From NCBI GenBank assembly GCA_039621445.1, contig CP154954.1:22518954-22582953 (forward strand): 64,000 bases of DNA. Reading direction: 5' to 3'. The translations under genes were made by a program, and so were the position numbers. This document shows positions 48,901-62,205 of the stretch, piece after piece. The DNA comes from Euglena gracilis (taxonomy: Eukaryota). Positions within the stretch are counted from its first letter, which is position 1. Every line of letters starts with the position of its first letter. The notes below the pieces were generated by a model, which was not told the DNA's origin, made no database searches, and saw only the letters and a list, made by a program, of their open reading frames with translations.

Positions 48901-51510
48901 GCCCATCCAAATTTCTCTGTAAAGAACCATTTGGGGGGGGGGTGCTAAAATCCTACCCACCCCCCAAACCGGATCCCATCCCGCAGTCCCGGGGAGGGGT
49001 CGAAAGTGCCACAGCATGTGTGCACCTCCTTAAAAGGAAGCCTGTTTCCAACGTGACATGATGAGAAAGAGAGATTTTGTACAACACAGATTTCTCTGGC
49101 ACTTCTCGTCACGTCCTAATTTTATCAGTACTGTGCTTACGTGTGCTCACTTTGTGCTCACCTGTGCAAACAGTCACCCTATGATGAGAGACCTTCCTGA
49201 CAAGAGGACACCTTTTTGAGGTTTCCTTGTGTTCTGGCTTAAATAAAAGACCTTGTTGAACGATCCCCCCACAAAACATAAAGGCAAAACAGGAAAAGAT
49301 AGGAGGTTTCATGATTTGATCATCATTTGGGGGAGAGTAAACCCCCCCCAAAAATAAGACCTGGGTCTTATTTTTGGGTCTGTTGCTGGAAGCCTCCAGG
49401 GGGGTCTTATTTGGGGGGGGGGTCTTATTTTTGGATTTTTTCTTGACTGACCCGGGCCCTAAAAGCACCATTTTTCAGGTTCCCAAGGCTGCTAAAATTT
49501 TTCCTTCGGCGCTTCGCGCCATGTGTAAATTGGTGTAATTTGACATTTAACATGTTTTTTTGCACTTCAAAATCTAAATTTTTTTGAAATTTCATCATTT
49601 TTGTGTTTGAAATTGGGGTTTTTGGTAATTTTTCAAGGAAAAGATTCACCGTCCCCGGCGCTTCGCGCCGTCAAGGGGGTCTTATTTATGGGGGGGGTCT
49701 TATTTTTGGATTTTTGCTCGATCGGCCCGGGGGGGGGGGTCTTATTTTGGGGGGGTCTTATTTTTGGGGGGGGTTATTATTTGGGGGTATTTTTTATTGG
49801 GAGGAGGGTTTACCAACCACAAGAACTCAATAAAAAAATAACACACAACACAAAAAGCTTTTTGACAAAAATTGACCAAAATTGACCAAAATTGTCAAAA
49901 ACTTTTCAAAATTGGGAGAAAATTTGAAATAAATGCCAATAATGTCCACAAAAGCTGCAGCCTCACCTTGGCTTTCATTTCTTCTTTGAATTTTCCAAAC
50001 ATTCAAATAAAATTTTTATTCTGGTTTATTTTGATTTTCTCATTCTGTTTCATTCTGGTTTATTCCAGGCCGGAATACCTCCTCCTGTGGTTGGTCTGGC
50101 AACAAATGGAGGGGAAGAAACACGTGCCAGCCATTGCCCCTCACCAACAGCCACCCCAGCAGATTGACCATCTTGTTGCCATTGATGGGACTGCAGGATC
50201 CTCAGCAGCGGCAGGCCACCACTCAGAGGCCTCCGGCTGCCCAGCCAAGGGAGACGCCAGCCTTGATGGAGAAAAACTTCCCATTCTTTCATTGCTTACG
50301 CGACTCTTGATCGCACATATTAGCGTATTAGGGTGAGTGGGAGGAGCGGGGGGGTGGGAGAGTTACGGTAAGGGATGGACTGTGGGGGTAGGGTTTCGAC
50401 CCTCCTCGGATGTGCTCGAGGAGGGTCTCGACCCTGCTCGAATGACGTTCGAGGTCATTCAAGGGGGGTGTGGACCTCCTCGCATGTCGTTTGAGGAGGG
50501 TCTCGAACCTCCTCCTCATCGAGAAGGCTTGATGCCCTCCTGAAATGCCGTTCGAGGTCTGCAAATCCCTTTTGGGCAAAATAAAAAAAGTCCCTTGTGT
50601 GAGGTGTGCTATGTGTGCACCTCCCTTTTGTTGCCCATGCCTTTTTGTACGCAATTGTTCAGAGGGCTCCATAAATCCTTTTATCTGCCAACTCTTATTG
50701 TGTGCATGTTGACCTTACCCTGTACCTTCAAATTAACAACGTAACTTGCTCGCTCTCCCTTTCTTTATCGCTCTCTCTCTCTGTCTCTGTCTCTCTCTTC
50801 CACACCCTGCCGGTGAAGAAGGACGCAAGAATTCAACAAAGAAAGATACATTAACAGGGAAAAGCACATCTGAAACATCTCCATCTCGTGATGCCTGCAT
50901 GCGAGGTCATTCGAGGAGGTTCGAGACACTCCTCGAATGTCGTTCAAGCTCCTTTGAGAGGATTTTTAATTCCCCGCCCTCTTGAGGGGGGCTTAAAAAC
51001 GACCGAGGAGGTTCGAGCTTGAACCCTCCTACACGACCTCTGGGGGGGGGGGGGCTGCACCTCCTCCGCGAAGGGTCGGTCCAAGCCCCCCTCTTGTGCA
51101 AAAAAATTTTCCGGTGCAAAGTGCCAGAAAACTTTTGGGCTTTGAGAAAGTCCCAAAAGCGCGATTTTGCAACTTTTTTTGAAAAATCGGTCAAAACATA
51201 CCCAGAAAAATTTCCCTTCCCCAGCGCGAAAGCGCGAATCGCTGGAAAACTTTTTCCTGTTGTAAGGGGGTCCCAGACCCCCCCTTGGTTTGAAGAGGTG
51301 GGTGGTATGGGGCCCCCTCCGCAAAACCACTGCCCCCTGGGGGTCGAAAATCCCCCCCGCCTGCCCATGGCACCCCCCCCCGGGGAGGGTGAACTATAAA
51401 TATGCACCGTGCATATATTCAACGTTAAGACCTTTCAGATTGATGCGATCAAGGATATACCACCCTATATTCAACAAGCAGATATGTCAATTACCGATTT
51501 GACGACATAC

Positions 51511-52507
51511 TACCTCCCCCCCCCCTTGTCCAACGACCACTGAACCCCCCCCCACCTATAAAACCCCCGGGGGTTTAATGCATCCGGTTTGGTTGGTCGG
51601 CCGAAGGGGGGGGGTTATAAGTGGGGGGTTTATAGGTCCCGGAATTGTTGGTGAAAATCTGACCCCCCCCCCAAATGACCCCGAAACCCCCCCAAATTGA
51701 CAATTTTTGGCAAATTTGGTCAAAAATGGCATTTTTGATGATGGTAGGTGTCAAAAAAATGCCAAAAAAATAGTTTTTGGGTGGTTTGCAGCCGAAAAAA
51801 TCGTCCCCGGCGGCTTTCATTTTTCTTCCCCGAAGGGTTTATAGGTCCCGGTTTGGTTGGTCGGCCCGAGGGGGGGGGTTATAGGTGGGGGGGGGTTATA
51901 GGTGGGGGGGGTTTATAAGTGGGGGGGGGGGGTTAATGTTCGTCTCTGACCAGGGGGCGGTCGCTAAAATGGCCAATGTTCGTCTCCGACCAGGGGGGGT
52001 GGTCGGTAGACAAGCGGGGTGGCCCCCAAATCGGAGGGAAATTTACCATAGATGGGGGTATATGGTTATTTTTGGGCTGTTTTTGGCCATTTATGCTATT
52101 TCTTGACTACAGTTGGCCACTTTTGGCCATTTTTGGACATTTTTTGGGCGCTTTTGGGAATTTTTAGGCATTTTTGACCGCTTTTCGCCATGTTTGGTCG
52201 CTTTTGGCCACTTTTGGCAACTGTTGGCCACACTTTGGCCCCCTTTGCCCATTTTTGGCCACTTTAGGCTGCTTTTGGTTATTTTTAGCCATATTTGCCT
52301 ATTTTTGCTATTTTTTGGCAACTTTTTGGGCACCTTTGGCCATCCCTCGGCCATTTTAGGCCATTTTGGGTTACTTTTGACTGTTTTTAGCCAACTTTTA
52401 GCAATTTTGGCCGAACCAACATCGGATACAAAAAGATCGTCTCTGACCGGGGGGGGGGGGGGGTCGTTAGACAAGCCCGGTCGTTGGACAAGGGGGGGGG
52501 GGAGGTA
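51511..52507. mobile_element. TA-flanked MITE
   Basis: TIR TACCTCn-TTGTCCAACGACC; body homologous to 46209-46947 and 9530-9740. Confidence 0.75.
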
Positions 52508-52736
52508 TTTGAAAACGCTTCGATGCTAGCAACAGGATCTCAAGCAGCAAAAAAGTTCTCACGAAAACATCTCTCTTCTAGCAATTTTGAGGATGATTAC
52601 CAAAATTTAGTCATTTATGGACCCTTGAGCTCCGAGAATAGCCTTTTACAGAAGATACACGAACAAGGAGACCAGCAAACGCTTCTTGCAGAGGAGGACT
52701 GGCAGGAGGTTCTTAGCACGTTAGGGCATCATCAGG

Positions 52737-53327
52737 CAGGCTTCTTTTTAAGACCCCCAGGGGGGAGGGGGGGGGTCCCCCCCACCCACCCAGGGTGGCG
52801 CGGGCCCCCCCCCCGGGGGGGGGACCCCCCCAAAATCGGGCCCGTTAAAGGCAATTTTCAAAAATTTTCGGCGCTTCGCGCCGAAAAGGTATACCCAGCG
52901 CCTCCGGCGCGGGCCCCCCCCGGGGGGGGGGGGGGGGTCCGGCGCGGGACCCCCCCCCCCGGGGGGGGTCCGGCCCAGACCCACCCACCCACCCCCCCGG
53001 GGGGGCACCCACCCCCCACCCCGGGGGGGGGGGGGTCAGGTGACTTAAAAAGAAGCCTGGTCAGGCAGGCTTCTTTTTAAGACCCCCGGGGGGGAGGGGG
53101 GGGCCCCCCCACCCACCAAGGGTGGTGCGGGACCCCCCCGGGGGGGACCCCCCCCAAAATCGGGCCCGTTAAAGGCAATTTTCAAAAATTTTCGGCGCTT
53201 CGCGCCGAAAGGTTATACCCGACACCTCCAGTGCGGGACCCCCCCTGTGGGGGGGGGTCCGGCCCGGAACCACCAACCCCCCCCCCTCCCCCCCCCGGGG
53301 GGGTCTTCTGACTTAAAAAGAAGCCTG
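52737..53327. mobile_element. Tandem dimer of family-B hAT MITE (52737-53059, 53066-53327)
   Basis: TIR CAGGCTTCTTTTTAAG; outer TSD TCATCAGG; partial TSD GTCAGG between the copies. Confidence 0.85.
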
Positions 53328-54114
53328 TCATCAGGTTCCCGCTTTAATCTTAACCTCAAGGCAAGGTACTGATCCTAATTTTTGTGAAATGCTTCGATCC
53401 TGTCACTGGAGAGATAGGTTCCAAACTTCTTCATTCTCAATCCATACACTCTCCAAGCCACCCGACACTTACAAATTTCCAACCTGCCTATAAAAACTCT
53501 GCCATGTTCACAGATTTAGGTGATAAAGGTGAGGAACCAGCAACTCTATTATCGCATTTCTTTCTTTCAAAGTTCCAAGGTAACCTATGTGGACAACGAT
53601 GAGAAACACTGTATTGCTGTAACAAATGCTTTGAGGAAGCTTGGCAAGGTTGGATGGGTTTTTCATTACCAAGCCATTGAAAAACAATTCAACAGACTAA
53701 AAGCTTTAAAAGCACGGAATTGTCTTAAAGAAACTGGCACTCTCTTAATGGAAGATAGTTTATAAGCTCTCTCTGCGGAGAATGTTAGAAGTTTTTTATA
53801 ATGGAATTCAATGCATTTTTTACGAACAACAATGTTTTCTTCAGAAGCACTTTTGGGCTTGGGTCAAATAACTGGATAGCTTGGGGCTTTAAGGAGATAT
53901 TTCTTTTTATAAGGCCTCGTCGTAATGCGACATTTATGATATATTCAATGCAGATGATAACGTTTTTAGTTGGATAGATTCCTTTCGGAGCATTTATGGG
54001 AGAATTTGGGTTATTCAGATTCTGAAGAAGAATAGAACCCATGCCATCGAATATTCTCAACAGAATCGTATGTGCATGTTCATACAAATGTTATATTACA
54101 TCATGTTATATGTC

Positions 54115-54304
54115 ATGTATGTATGTATGTATGTATGCATGTATGTATGTATGTATGTATGTATGTATGTATGTATGTATGTATGTATGTATGTATGTAT
54201 GTATGTATGTATGTATGTATGTATGTATGTATGTATGTATGTATGTATGTATGTATGTATGTATGTATGTATGTATGTATGTATGTATGTATGTATGTAT
54301 GTAT
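54115..54304. repeat. (GTAT)n microsatellite
   Basis: Seen directly. Confidence 0.97.
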
Positions 54305-55742
54305 ATAGCATATGCATAACATACAAATCAACATAAATACACATACACACACCTACATATATGGATATTTATTTATTATATGCATACGTGCTGCACACAA
54401 ATATAACCATGTGTGCAAAGAAATGTACACATGCAATGGAAGGGTGTTGTGATCCTTCTGCAGATGCACTCGTGTTTTAGGTACGGCCTGGGTGCGGTCT
54501 TGGCTGCCTTGGGACCCTTCCACTGCACCCAGACATTGGCTGGACTGGGCAGCACTGGGGGTGGGGCATCGTGGGACAGCATGTCGCAGAGTGACCGGCG
54601 TCTGAGGAGGGGACAAAACCAATGGGGCTTCCCATGCATCCTCTGAGCAACAGCTATGAACTCCCCCGAGCAATCTGTGAGCCTATACTAAAAAAAACGC
54701 CAGGGTCGGCGTTGTTCCTGTGACACCATGCTGAAGGTGTTTTTGGCCATTTTGAGAGGATTTTTCTAAATGAGTTGAAATTGAATGAAATGTATCTGTG
54801 GACAGATTGCCCCCCATTTTCGAGGCGTTGGCCAACTGAGTTGAACTCGTTGTGTGACGTGAACGGTGCCTTGCTGTGATTTGAAAAGGGAATTGTTTGA
54901 GTTGTGAGTAAAGATCAAAAAAAGCCCAAAATATTCACAACGCCCTTTTTTCAAACAGCCCATTTGTGTGGACAGATAGTGTCAACAACATAAGTGTTCT
55001 TGGCCCTGGTTTTTGACCCTTCCTCGGGGCGGTCCATAAGAGAGACGGGAAGCAGGGGGGAAAAAACAAATTTGGTTTTTTTTGCTTTTTTCTGTGTTTC
55101 TCGATTTGGCAAAATTTGCGGTTTTTCACCTTTTGTTGCGTTTTCTTGTGTTTTTTTTGTGCTTTTTTCCCCAGCGATTTTTGGATTTTACTGAGGATTG
55201 AATTTTTGGCATTTTCCCCCGAGACCAAACGTTTGCCAATTTTTTGTCATTTTTGCATTTTTGGTCATCAAAATGCTTACTTTTATGCAAAGATGGAAAA
55301 TTTTCCCTGACAAAACCGAAAATTTTCTCTAATGCTTATTTTAATGCAAAAATGGAAAATTTCCCTGACAGAGCCGGAAAAAAATTCTAAGTCCTCTCAG
55401 TGGAAAAGTGTGATCCCAGGGGAGCTCCTGTAGGATTTTCCATGTTATTTGTGTTTTTAGTGTTTTTTAGTGTTTTTTTTGTGTTTTTGTGTTGTTTTTT
55501 GTGTTTTTTTTTGCATTTGTTTGCGCCGTGTTTCTTGAGGGTCCATGTTGCATTCCCCCCCCCCCCCATGCGGGAAGTTTTTTTTCTGAAGGACCGCTCC
55601 TTAAAGACCGCCCTTAGGCCAAGGAACGGCCGAGGACCGATCCGGAGATCGAACGGGGTGAAAAATTTTAAAGTCAAAAACACATTTTTTGACATCTTGG
55701 GTGGGTGGGCGATGGTACAAGGATGCCAGAAATCACTTTTTC

Positions 55743-55881
<139 letters not shown>

Positions 55882-56221
55882 GAGACGAGGTCTGATGATG
55901 CCAGAGGAATATGCACTATTTTGATCAAGCAGTGTGCTTGATGTGCAGAACTCGATCATTTGTGTGGAATGGGCAGGCGGGGTGCTTTGGACCAGAGGAC
56001 CATATCTTCACACCAGGAGGTCGCCCACCACATGGTTGTCGGCCCCTCTGTGGATGAGTTGTCCTGCTGCAGCAATGGACTCGCCAAACGGTGCCCAATG
56101 TTGTTTTTGGCGGCCGTAATTCAGGCAAAACCAACCATGCAGTTGGGCCCATTTGAACTACCTCCAGAGGGTCCGAGAACCATGGGTCTTACGACTCTGC
56201 ATTCTGTATAATGCATCTTTG

Positions 56222-56954
56222 CAGGGTTTACCACCGGTTCGTGCTAGGGAGGGGGAAATCCGGTTCGTGATTGTTCGTCATTGTTCGTGATTGTTCGTGA
56301 TTATTTGTGATTGTTCGTGCTTCCAAAAAACCCCCCAGTTTTACGTTTTCCTTGGTGAAATAGGTGATTCATCTTGGACTTTGGCTTCTTGTGGCCTCTT
56401 TTAATCTAAATATTCAGGTCAATGGGGAAAGAATTGTTTATCCTTGGGGAAAGAAATTGTTTATCTACCCCCAATAAACATCTTGCTGACAATATGGCAA
56501 GTACAAAAATGGAGGACAAATCTCTATGACGACACACAAGACGGTTCCTAGAGGCTGAAATTCGATTGCTGCCCCCCCCCCAGTCCAAAGAACACCAAAA
56601 TGGCTAACGTGTCGGTCCCAGGATGCAATATGTCGCTTTGCATATGTCTTCTCGGCCCAGTGCACTGAAATATGGCAAACACTGTACCACATTTCCGAAC
56701 CCACCAAACTGAAAAAGGTGACAACAAGGGGGGGAAATCAAACAAGACAGGTATGACACCTGGGCAGCACGCTTTTGAGGAGTCATCTTGCCACCTCTCT
56801 TCCATGATCTTCTCTCTTTGGTTGATTGAACAACGCCGTCATTCTCAGAAGAAGACATTTCTTCAAAAGGTGACGAAAAAATCGGTTCGTGATTGTTCGC
56901 GATTGTTCGTGATTGTTCGTGATTGTTCGTGGCACAAACCGGTGAAAACCCCTG
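56222..56954 (-). mobile_element. Non-autonomous hAT derivative carrying a CGGBP1-like Zn-finger remnant
   Basis: CAGGGTTT…AAAACCCCTG ends, ATCTTTG flanking duplication, (GATTGTTCGT)n subterminal arrays; internal TPQKRAAQ…MWYSVCHISVHWAEKTYAKRHIAS. Confidence 0.75.
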
Positions 56955-57973
56955 ATCTTTGTTGGTACCTGGTTTCAATACCCTGAGGTTCTCTTCTCAT
57001 TTGACGCCTTTCAAAAGCGTTGGAATGTGAATGTTCAACGAATGCCAGTTTTTGGGGGGGTCTAAAGAAATTAGGCCAATGCCCTGTGCCTTTGGAAAGC
57101 ACTCCCCAGAGGAATTGTGTAAAAGACCCAGGGTTTGTTGGACATTGTTGGATCTCCACAGTCCACAGGGGTGTGAATTCAGCCAGAACTGCACGAAAAA
57201 TGGGTTTTGCTGAGGACAAAAAAAGCCCATTTTGGTTCAGAGAGAAGTTTGGCAATTCACAAGGTGGGAGGAAGTTTGAAAACCCCCAGAAACCCCCCCT
57301 GTATCAGCCCATGGCATTTTTCGAAAGAATGCGCTGGCAAAGCTGCCCACACAATCAAACGCAACAAAGGTTTGTTGTGGGCTTTGGGTGGGGAAACCCT
57401 CTAAGGGCTGGCGGAATTAACTCGCTGACAAAAAATTTGGCAAAAGGGGGGTGGACACCACCCGTTGGAAACTCCATAACTCCATAAGGGGGACAGTCCA
57501 AAAAGCTGGGCCGGGTGAAAATTTACCCATACATTTTCCGATCCCTCACGCTGGAACCCCCAGGGGTGTCTGGCCCTGGACCTGCCCACCCCTTTCCCAG
57601 TCTTCTGCGTTCGAAAGACATCTGGTTGGAGCATCCCTCCTTGTGTTGCCGCCACAAAATCACTTCCATGGACAGAAACTAATGAGCTCACACACAACGA
57701 AGGACAAAAAATACACCACTCTGGGCGATGGGAGCTTCCGCAGAGGGTGAGGCAATGCAGTCCTGTCAAGTGCTCCCAAACGGGTGAGAATCGGGGGCAC
57801 TGTGACCCACAAACGAAGCTGAACTTGGCAGGGAGGGGAAGGAAAGAAACGATCGCTGGGAGATGGGCGGAGGGGACTGGGTGAGCAGAGGGGGAGGCCG
57901 ATCGCAGGAGTCGGGGGCAAGGGTGGCGATCTCCGAGCGGGAGGTGGGGATGGGTCAGCCTTGTGGAGGCGCC

Positions 57974-58022
57974 TCACCCAGTCACCCGTGGCCCGGGAGG
58001 CGGTGGAGGAGCCACGGGGCCA
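57974..58022 (-). CDS. Candidate terminal exon of gene 2 (GPVAPPPPPGPRVTG*)
   Basis: tccctcctctccag acceptor; phase 2 fits an AG|GCCCCT donor at 58734. Confidence 0.4.
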
Positions 58023-58637
58023 CTGGAGAGGAGGGACAGCGGGAAATACGTTGGATGTGCGAGCCAGGTCGAATGGCGGAGGGGGCGGATCAGGGACGGT
58101 CAGGGCAGAACGGGAAGGCCTGGTGGGGGGAGTCGACCCCCCACCCACCACAGCATTTTCACATATTTTTTTAACAAATCCACCTGGCGCCGAAGGTGCC
58201 GGGAAAATATTCTGGGGTCGAAAATTGGTGCTCCCGGAATTACGGGAGGTGGTGGGGGTGGTCGACCCCCCCCCACCACCCTGGCTGTTTGGCCAATTCC
58301 CGTTCTGCCCTGGGGACGGTGGTCATGGGCTGGGATCGGAAATGAAAGAGAGTATTGGCTGGGGAGGTTGACGGCATTTGCAATCCTCAGGGACAGGAAA
58401 TGTGTGGCTCGCCCTTTTCTGTTTGCCTTGCTGGCTTGGAGGGGGAGGTCAGTGTCATGCAGGATCACGGTGCCTGTGGGGCATCGCTGGATGGAGGCAG
58501 AACCCTCTTCAACAAGGCAGTGCATTGGACGCTGTTGCAAACACGTGCACACCCACACCCACACCCACACTCACAGCTATGTCAACCCACCCACCCACCG
58601 AGCCACCCACGCATAAACAGACACAGAAAACAGACAT

Positions 58638-58670
<33 letters not shown>

Positions 58671-58734
58671 CCAGAAAACCATACCTACATTGGGCCCAAA
58701 CCAACCCCTCCTGAACTTGGAGCTCTGGAGGGGC

Positions 58735-58934
58735 CTGGGAGCCCCGGCGAAGCACAGCAGCACCACCGACACGTTCTCGCCGCAGGAGCGGGCGGCGGCC
58801 TCCATCAGCAGCGCGTGGGCGACCACGAGGGGGTCCTCGATGAGGAGGTAGTCCGACTGCTGCTCGACGGGGAGGAGGGGCGGTTTGTGGCCGAAGGAGC
58901 CGTCCTTGCTGCTGTCCTTCAGCTCCTTCAGGTC
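58735..58934 (-). CDS. Gene 2 exon resembling the C-terminal part of a PP2C/PPM-type phosphatase domain (…EDPLVVAHALLMEAAARSCGENVSVVLLCF)
   Basis: ctgcccccag acceptor, extreme GC3 bias; resembles the PP2C 'dp..aa..Lv..Al.rgs.DNitvvvv' terminal motif; donor position uncertain. Confidence 0.7.
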
Positions 58935-58980
58935 CTGGGGGCAGCGGGGCTGGCTGGGGTTGGCTGGGGCGGCACGGGAA

Positions 58981-61112
58981 CAGGCACCTATGGTCACTTC
59001 CCATTTTGGTGCTCTGGTCGGCCCTGGTCGGCCCTGGTCGGCAAATAGTCGGCCATAGGTGGGGGTATCCGTCACAGAAAAAAATGTGAAGGGATGCAAT
59101 GATTTTCTGAATTGTCTCGCCAAGATCAAAAGGAAGTGCCCCATAAGCTGAGCCATCAGAGCACAAAACAAAAATGCAAAGGTCAATGTGCGGCTCTTCA
59201 CGCAGAGATGTCATACAAGCTCTTGTTCATGTAAATAAAGGCTAAAGAGGTGAGCGTCGTATCAGACATATTCAAACGATCCGATGTTTGAATGGCAAAA
59301 AAGCTGGTATGAAAAACAATTTTTGACGGTATCGAAAAATTCAATCATTTGCATCCTCATTCGTACCAGCCTTTTGTGTGACCGAGCAGTGAGAAATATC
59401 GCTCTATTTGAGCAGATGAACGTGGGGCCTGCAGATGGGCCATGGCAACAGGTGCAAGCGTGGGAAAATAAGCGATGCGGAACCAAACCATTGCTCACGA
59501 CCCAAATGTTGGAACCACAATGGCCCCCTTCTCACCAGCGGTGATTCTGCCACACGTTCCAAAAGAATGGCTGACCCCACTTTGGCAAGAGATGCACAAC
59601 CACCCCACATTTCATTCCAAACCAACGAAGGAATGGTAAGTTTGTGACATCCACCAGCTGATGTGACCAGCTGTGGAAGATGGTGGAGGTTGTTGGGAAA
59701 GCAGAGTGATATAACGTTCCCACTCTGTGGCATTAACCAGCGGAACGCGCTCACACATCACCTTCGTGGGTGACATCCTGCTTGTCTGCAAATGCGACTT
59801 TGACGTGCATGGTCAAAAATATCCCAATCATTTCAATTTGACGTTGCACCATGACACAATGCATTTCATTTTGGTGCACAGGTCAGAAAGTCCTTCCAGT
59901 GTGATGAGCCGGAGTGTTTGGGTGTCAAAAAAACGTGCATGGTTGGACAAAAGGCAAGGAGAGCTTTCGCAGTGTTGATGTCCGAGCCCTTCACGGTTTT
60001 CACCAAGATGTTGTCCATCTTGTCAACGATCGCCTACAATGCAAACATAATGAGCGAGGGGAAAATGGCTTTGGCCTTGGATAAACCAGGACCTTTCATG
60101 ATGTCCCTGAGCTTATGAACGCCTGTGGACACATACAAACAAGGACATCACACAAGAATGAATGTTATGCCATCGGTCATTACGTGGGGTACGTGGGTCC
60201 CTCGTAGGTTGATAGGATCGGGAATTTGAACCTCTTCACCATCCAGCCGGACATATTTCTCAAAGAACTTTCTCAGCAACGTTTTTTCACCATTGTCCTT
60301 TGCTTTTAATAATTTTTCAAGAGGAATATTTGCGGCAGCGAATGCAGCAACCAAATCTTTCTTGAATTGCTCCTCCTTGTTTCCTTTGGAAACAAAATGG
60401 TCCAGAGTCCCTTTAGTCTTTTCTGGGGGGTCTCGATAGCCTCTGTGAGCGGCTTTGCTTCCAAAGCACTTTGAACCTTGAGGGAAAATTGACCAAATTG
60501 TATTTTTTTGCACACAATAGCACCTGAATGATGATGTTTTGTAAAACCGAATTCACAGCGACTTGAGAAACAGGAGCAGGCATTGATTCTTCACGATCCT
60601 TCCGTTTTTTTACCTTCTTGGAGTGTTCACTCTCCAAAAATGGTCTGTCTGGCCCAATTCCTTTGCAATATCCATAGCAATGCTGCTTCAAAGCGCTTGT
60701 TGTGGGTACATACGACCTTGCGCAAACGGTGCAATAAACTTTGCCTACACAGAGAAGCAGACAAGAAACAAGAGCGTTACCTTTGGCTCACCTGGATCAT
60801 TGCTGTCCGCTTCAATGCCGACCATCCCATCTGCCTCCGCCCAAGCGCCCATTGGGCCACAGTCCGTGTGGAGGCATGATTCTTCGCCATTGGCAAAAGC
60901 TGGAGAACAAAGACAAACAAAAGTGATCCAGTGCCTTGCAAAGCCCAGGCGGCCCAGAGGGAAAGCTTCCTTCATCCATTCCCCTTCGGCCGGCCAACCA
61001 CATGCAAGTCGGCCCTGGTCGGCCCTGGTCGGAACCCCCACCTACGGGGGTCCTGAAAATCATAGTTGCCCGTGGTCGGCCCTGGTCGGCCCTGGTCGGA
61101 CGTAGGGGCCTG
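58981..61112 (-). mobile_element. hAT-superfamily DNA transposon (decayed, 2132 bp)
   Basis: Perfect 8-bp TSD CACGGGAA (58973-80 / 61113-20); TIRs CAGGCACCTA / CAGGCCCCTA; subterminal (GGTCGGCCCT)n repeats at both ends. Confidence 0.9.
59400..60975 (-). pseudogene. Disrupted CGGBP1-like hAT transposase
   Basis: Zn-finger GKVYCTVCARSYVPTTSALKQHC followed by FKKDLVAAFAAANIPLEKL…LRKFFEKY…IPDPINLR; frameshifts and stops; short GT-AG introns. Confidence 0.7.
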
Positions 61113-61975
61113 CACGGGAAGGTCTGGGGGTGGGGTCAAAACCTTTGGGTGTCTGGTCACACGGGACCTTCCAGACCTTCCAGACCTGTGTGACCTCACA
61201 CGGGTCTGGAAGGTCCTGTGAGACCCGTGTGACATCCACCAGGCTCCCGCTGGTACCTTCTCTCTGGCCTGTGGCCCAGCCAGCCGGTTGAACTCCCCCC
61301 CGTGGGGGGGCTTTTGAAAGCACTTGCTTGCGAACCAAATGACAAACAATGCACAGGGGTTGTGAAAAGCAGACCCTTTTGCAGGGGGAGGGGGGGTCAA
61401 ACAGGAATGGGAAGCCTTGAGGGGGGGGGGGGAGGGTCCGGACCCCCCCATCCTCCCTCGAAACTGAAGGAGGCTGTGAAAATTTGGTTTTGCGAACCGG
61501 TCGCAAAGTCCGGATACAAGGCCAAAAGAAGTCAAAAATCCCTGATTCTTCGTGGAAAATAAATCCAAAAAATACACATTTTTGAATTTTTTGAACACTT
61601 TTTGTGTGGAAAACACCAAAATGTCAAAAAAAATGTGCAACTGCTCAAAAATGAGGGAAAGGGGCATTTGTTGCTCCTTTTTCAGTGAGTAGCGCCAGAA
61701 GAAAAAACTTTGCTATTTTTGCAACCTGCCGAGGGGGGGGGTCCGGACCCTCCCAACATCTGGGGGGGGGGGGGGGCAGATCCACCCACCACCTTAGTCC
61801 CCAGGGGAGGGGGGGCTCCGGACCCCCCCCCTGCCACCTACCTCAAAACCAAAGGGCTTCCCATCTATCCCTGGGGTCAAATGTGCAATGTGGATTTTTC
61901 CGTTGAGGCTCTGGCATATCGCACCAGTCCTCTTCTGACTGCTCTCCTTTCACATCACCTTGCAGAGTTGGTGTA

Positions 61976-62205
61976 CAGGGTTTTTTTTTAAGACCAGAGG
62001 GTCCCCCCCCCACCAACCCGCTGGGGGGTCCTGGTGGGGTCCTGGGGTCACTTTTCCCCAAAAATGGCCAAAAAATCGCGAAAAATGCTAAAAATAGCAC
62101 GGCACCAAAAAGTATCCCCCCTGGGGGAACCTCCCCCGGGGGAGGGGGCTCAGCCGGACCCAACCACCCCCCCCCCTGGGGGTCTAAGACTAAAAAAAAC
62201 CCCTG
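61976..62205. mobile_element. hAT MITE, family B
   Basis: CAGGGTTTT…AAAACCCTG; TSD TTGGTGTA/TTGGTGAT. Confidence 0.75.

Noticed and set aside
56262-56930. GATTGTTCGT arrays or GGTCGGCCCT repeats as CRISPR-like
   Set aside because: Contiguous 10-mers without spacers; transposon subterminal repeats in a eukaryote
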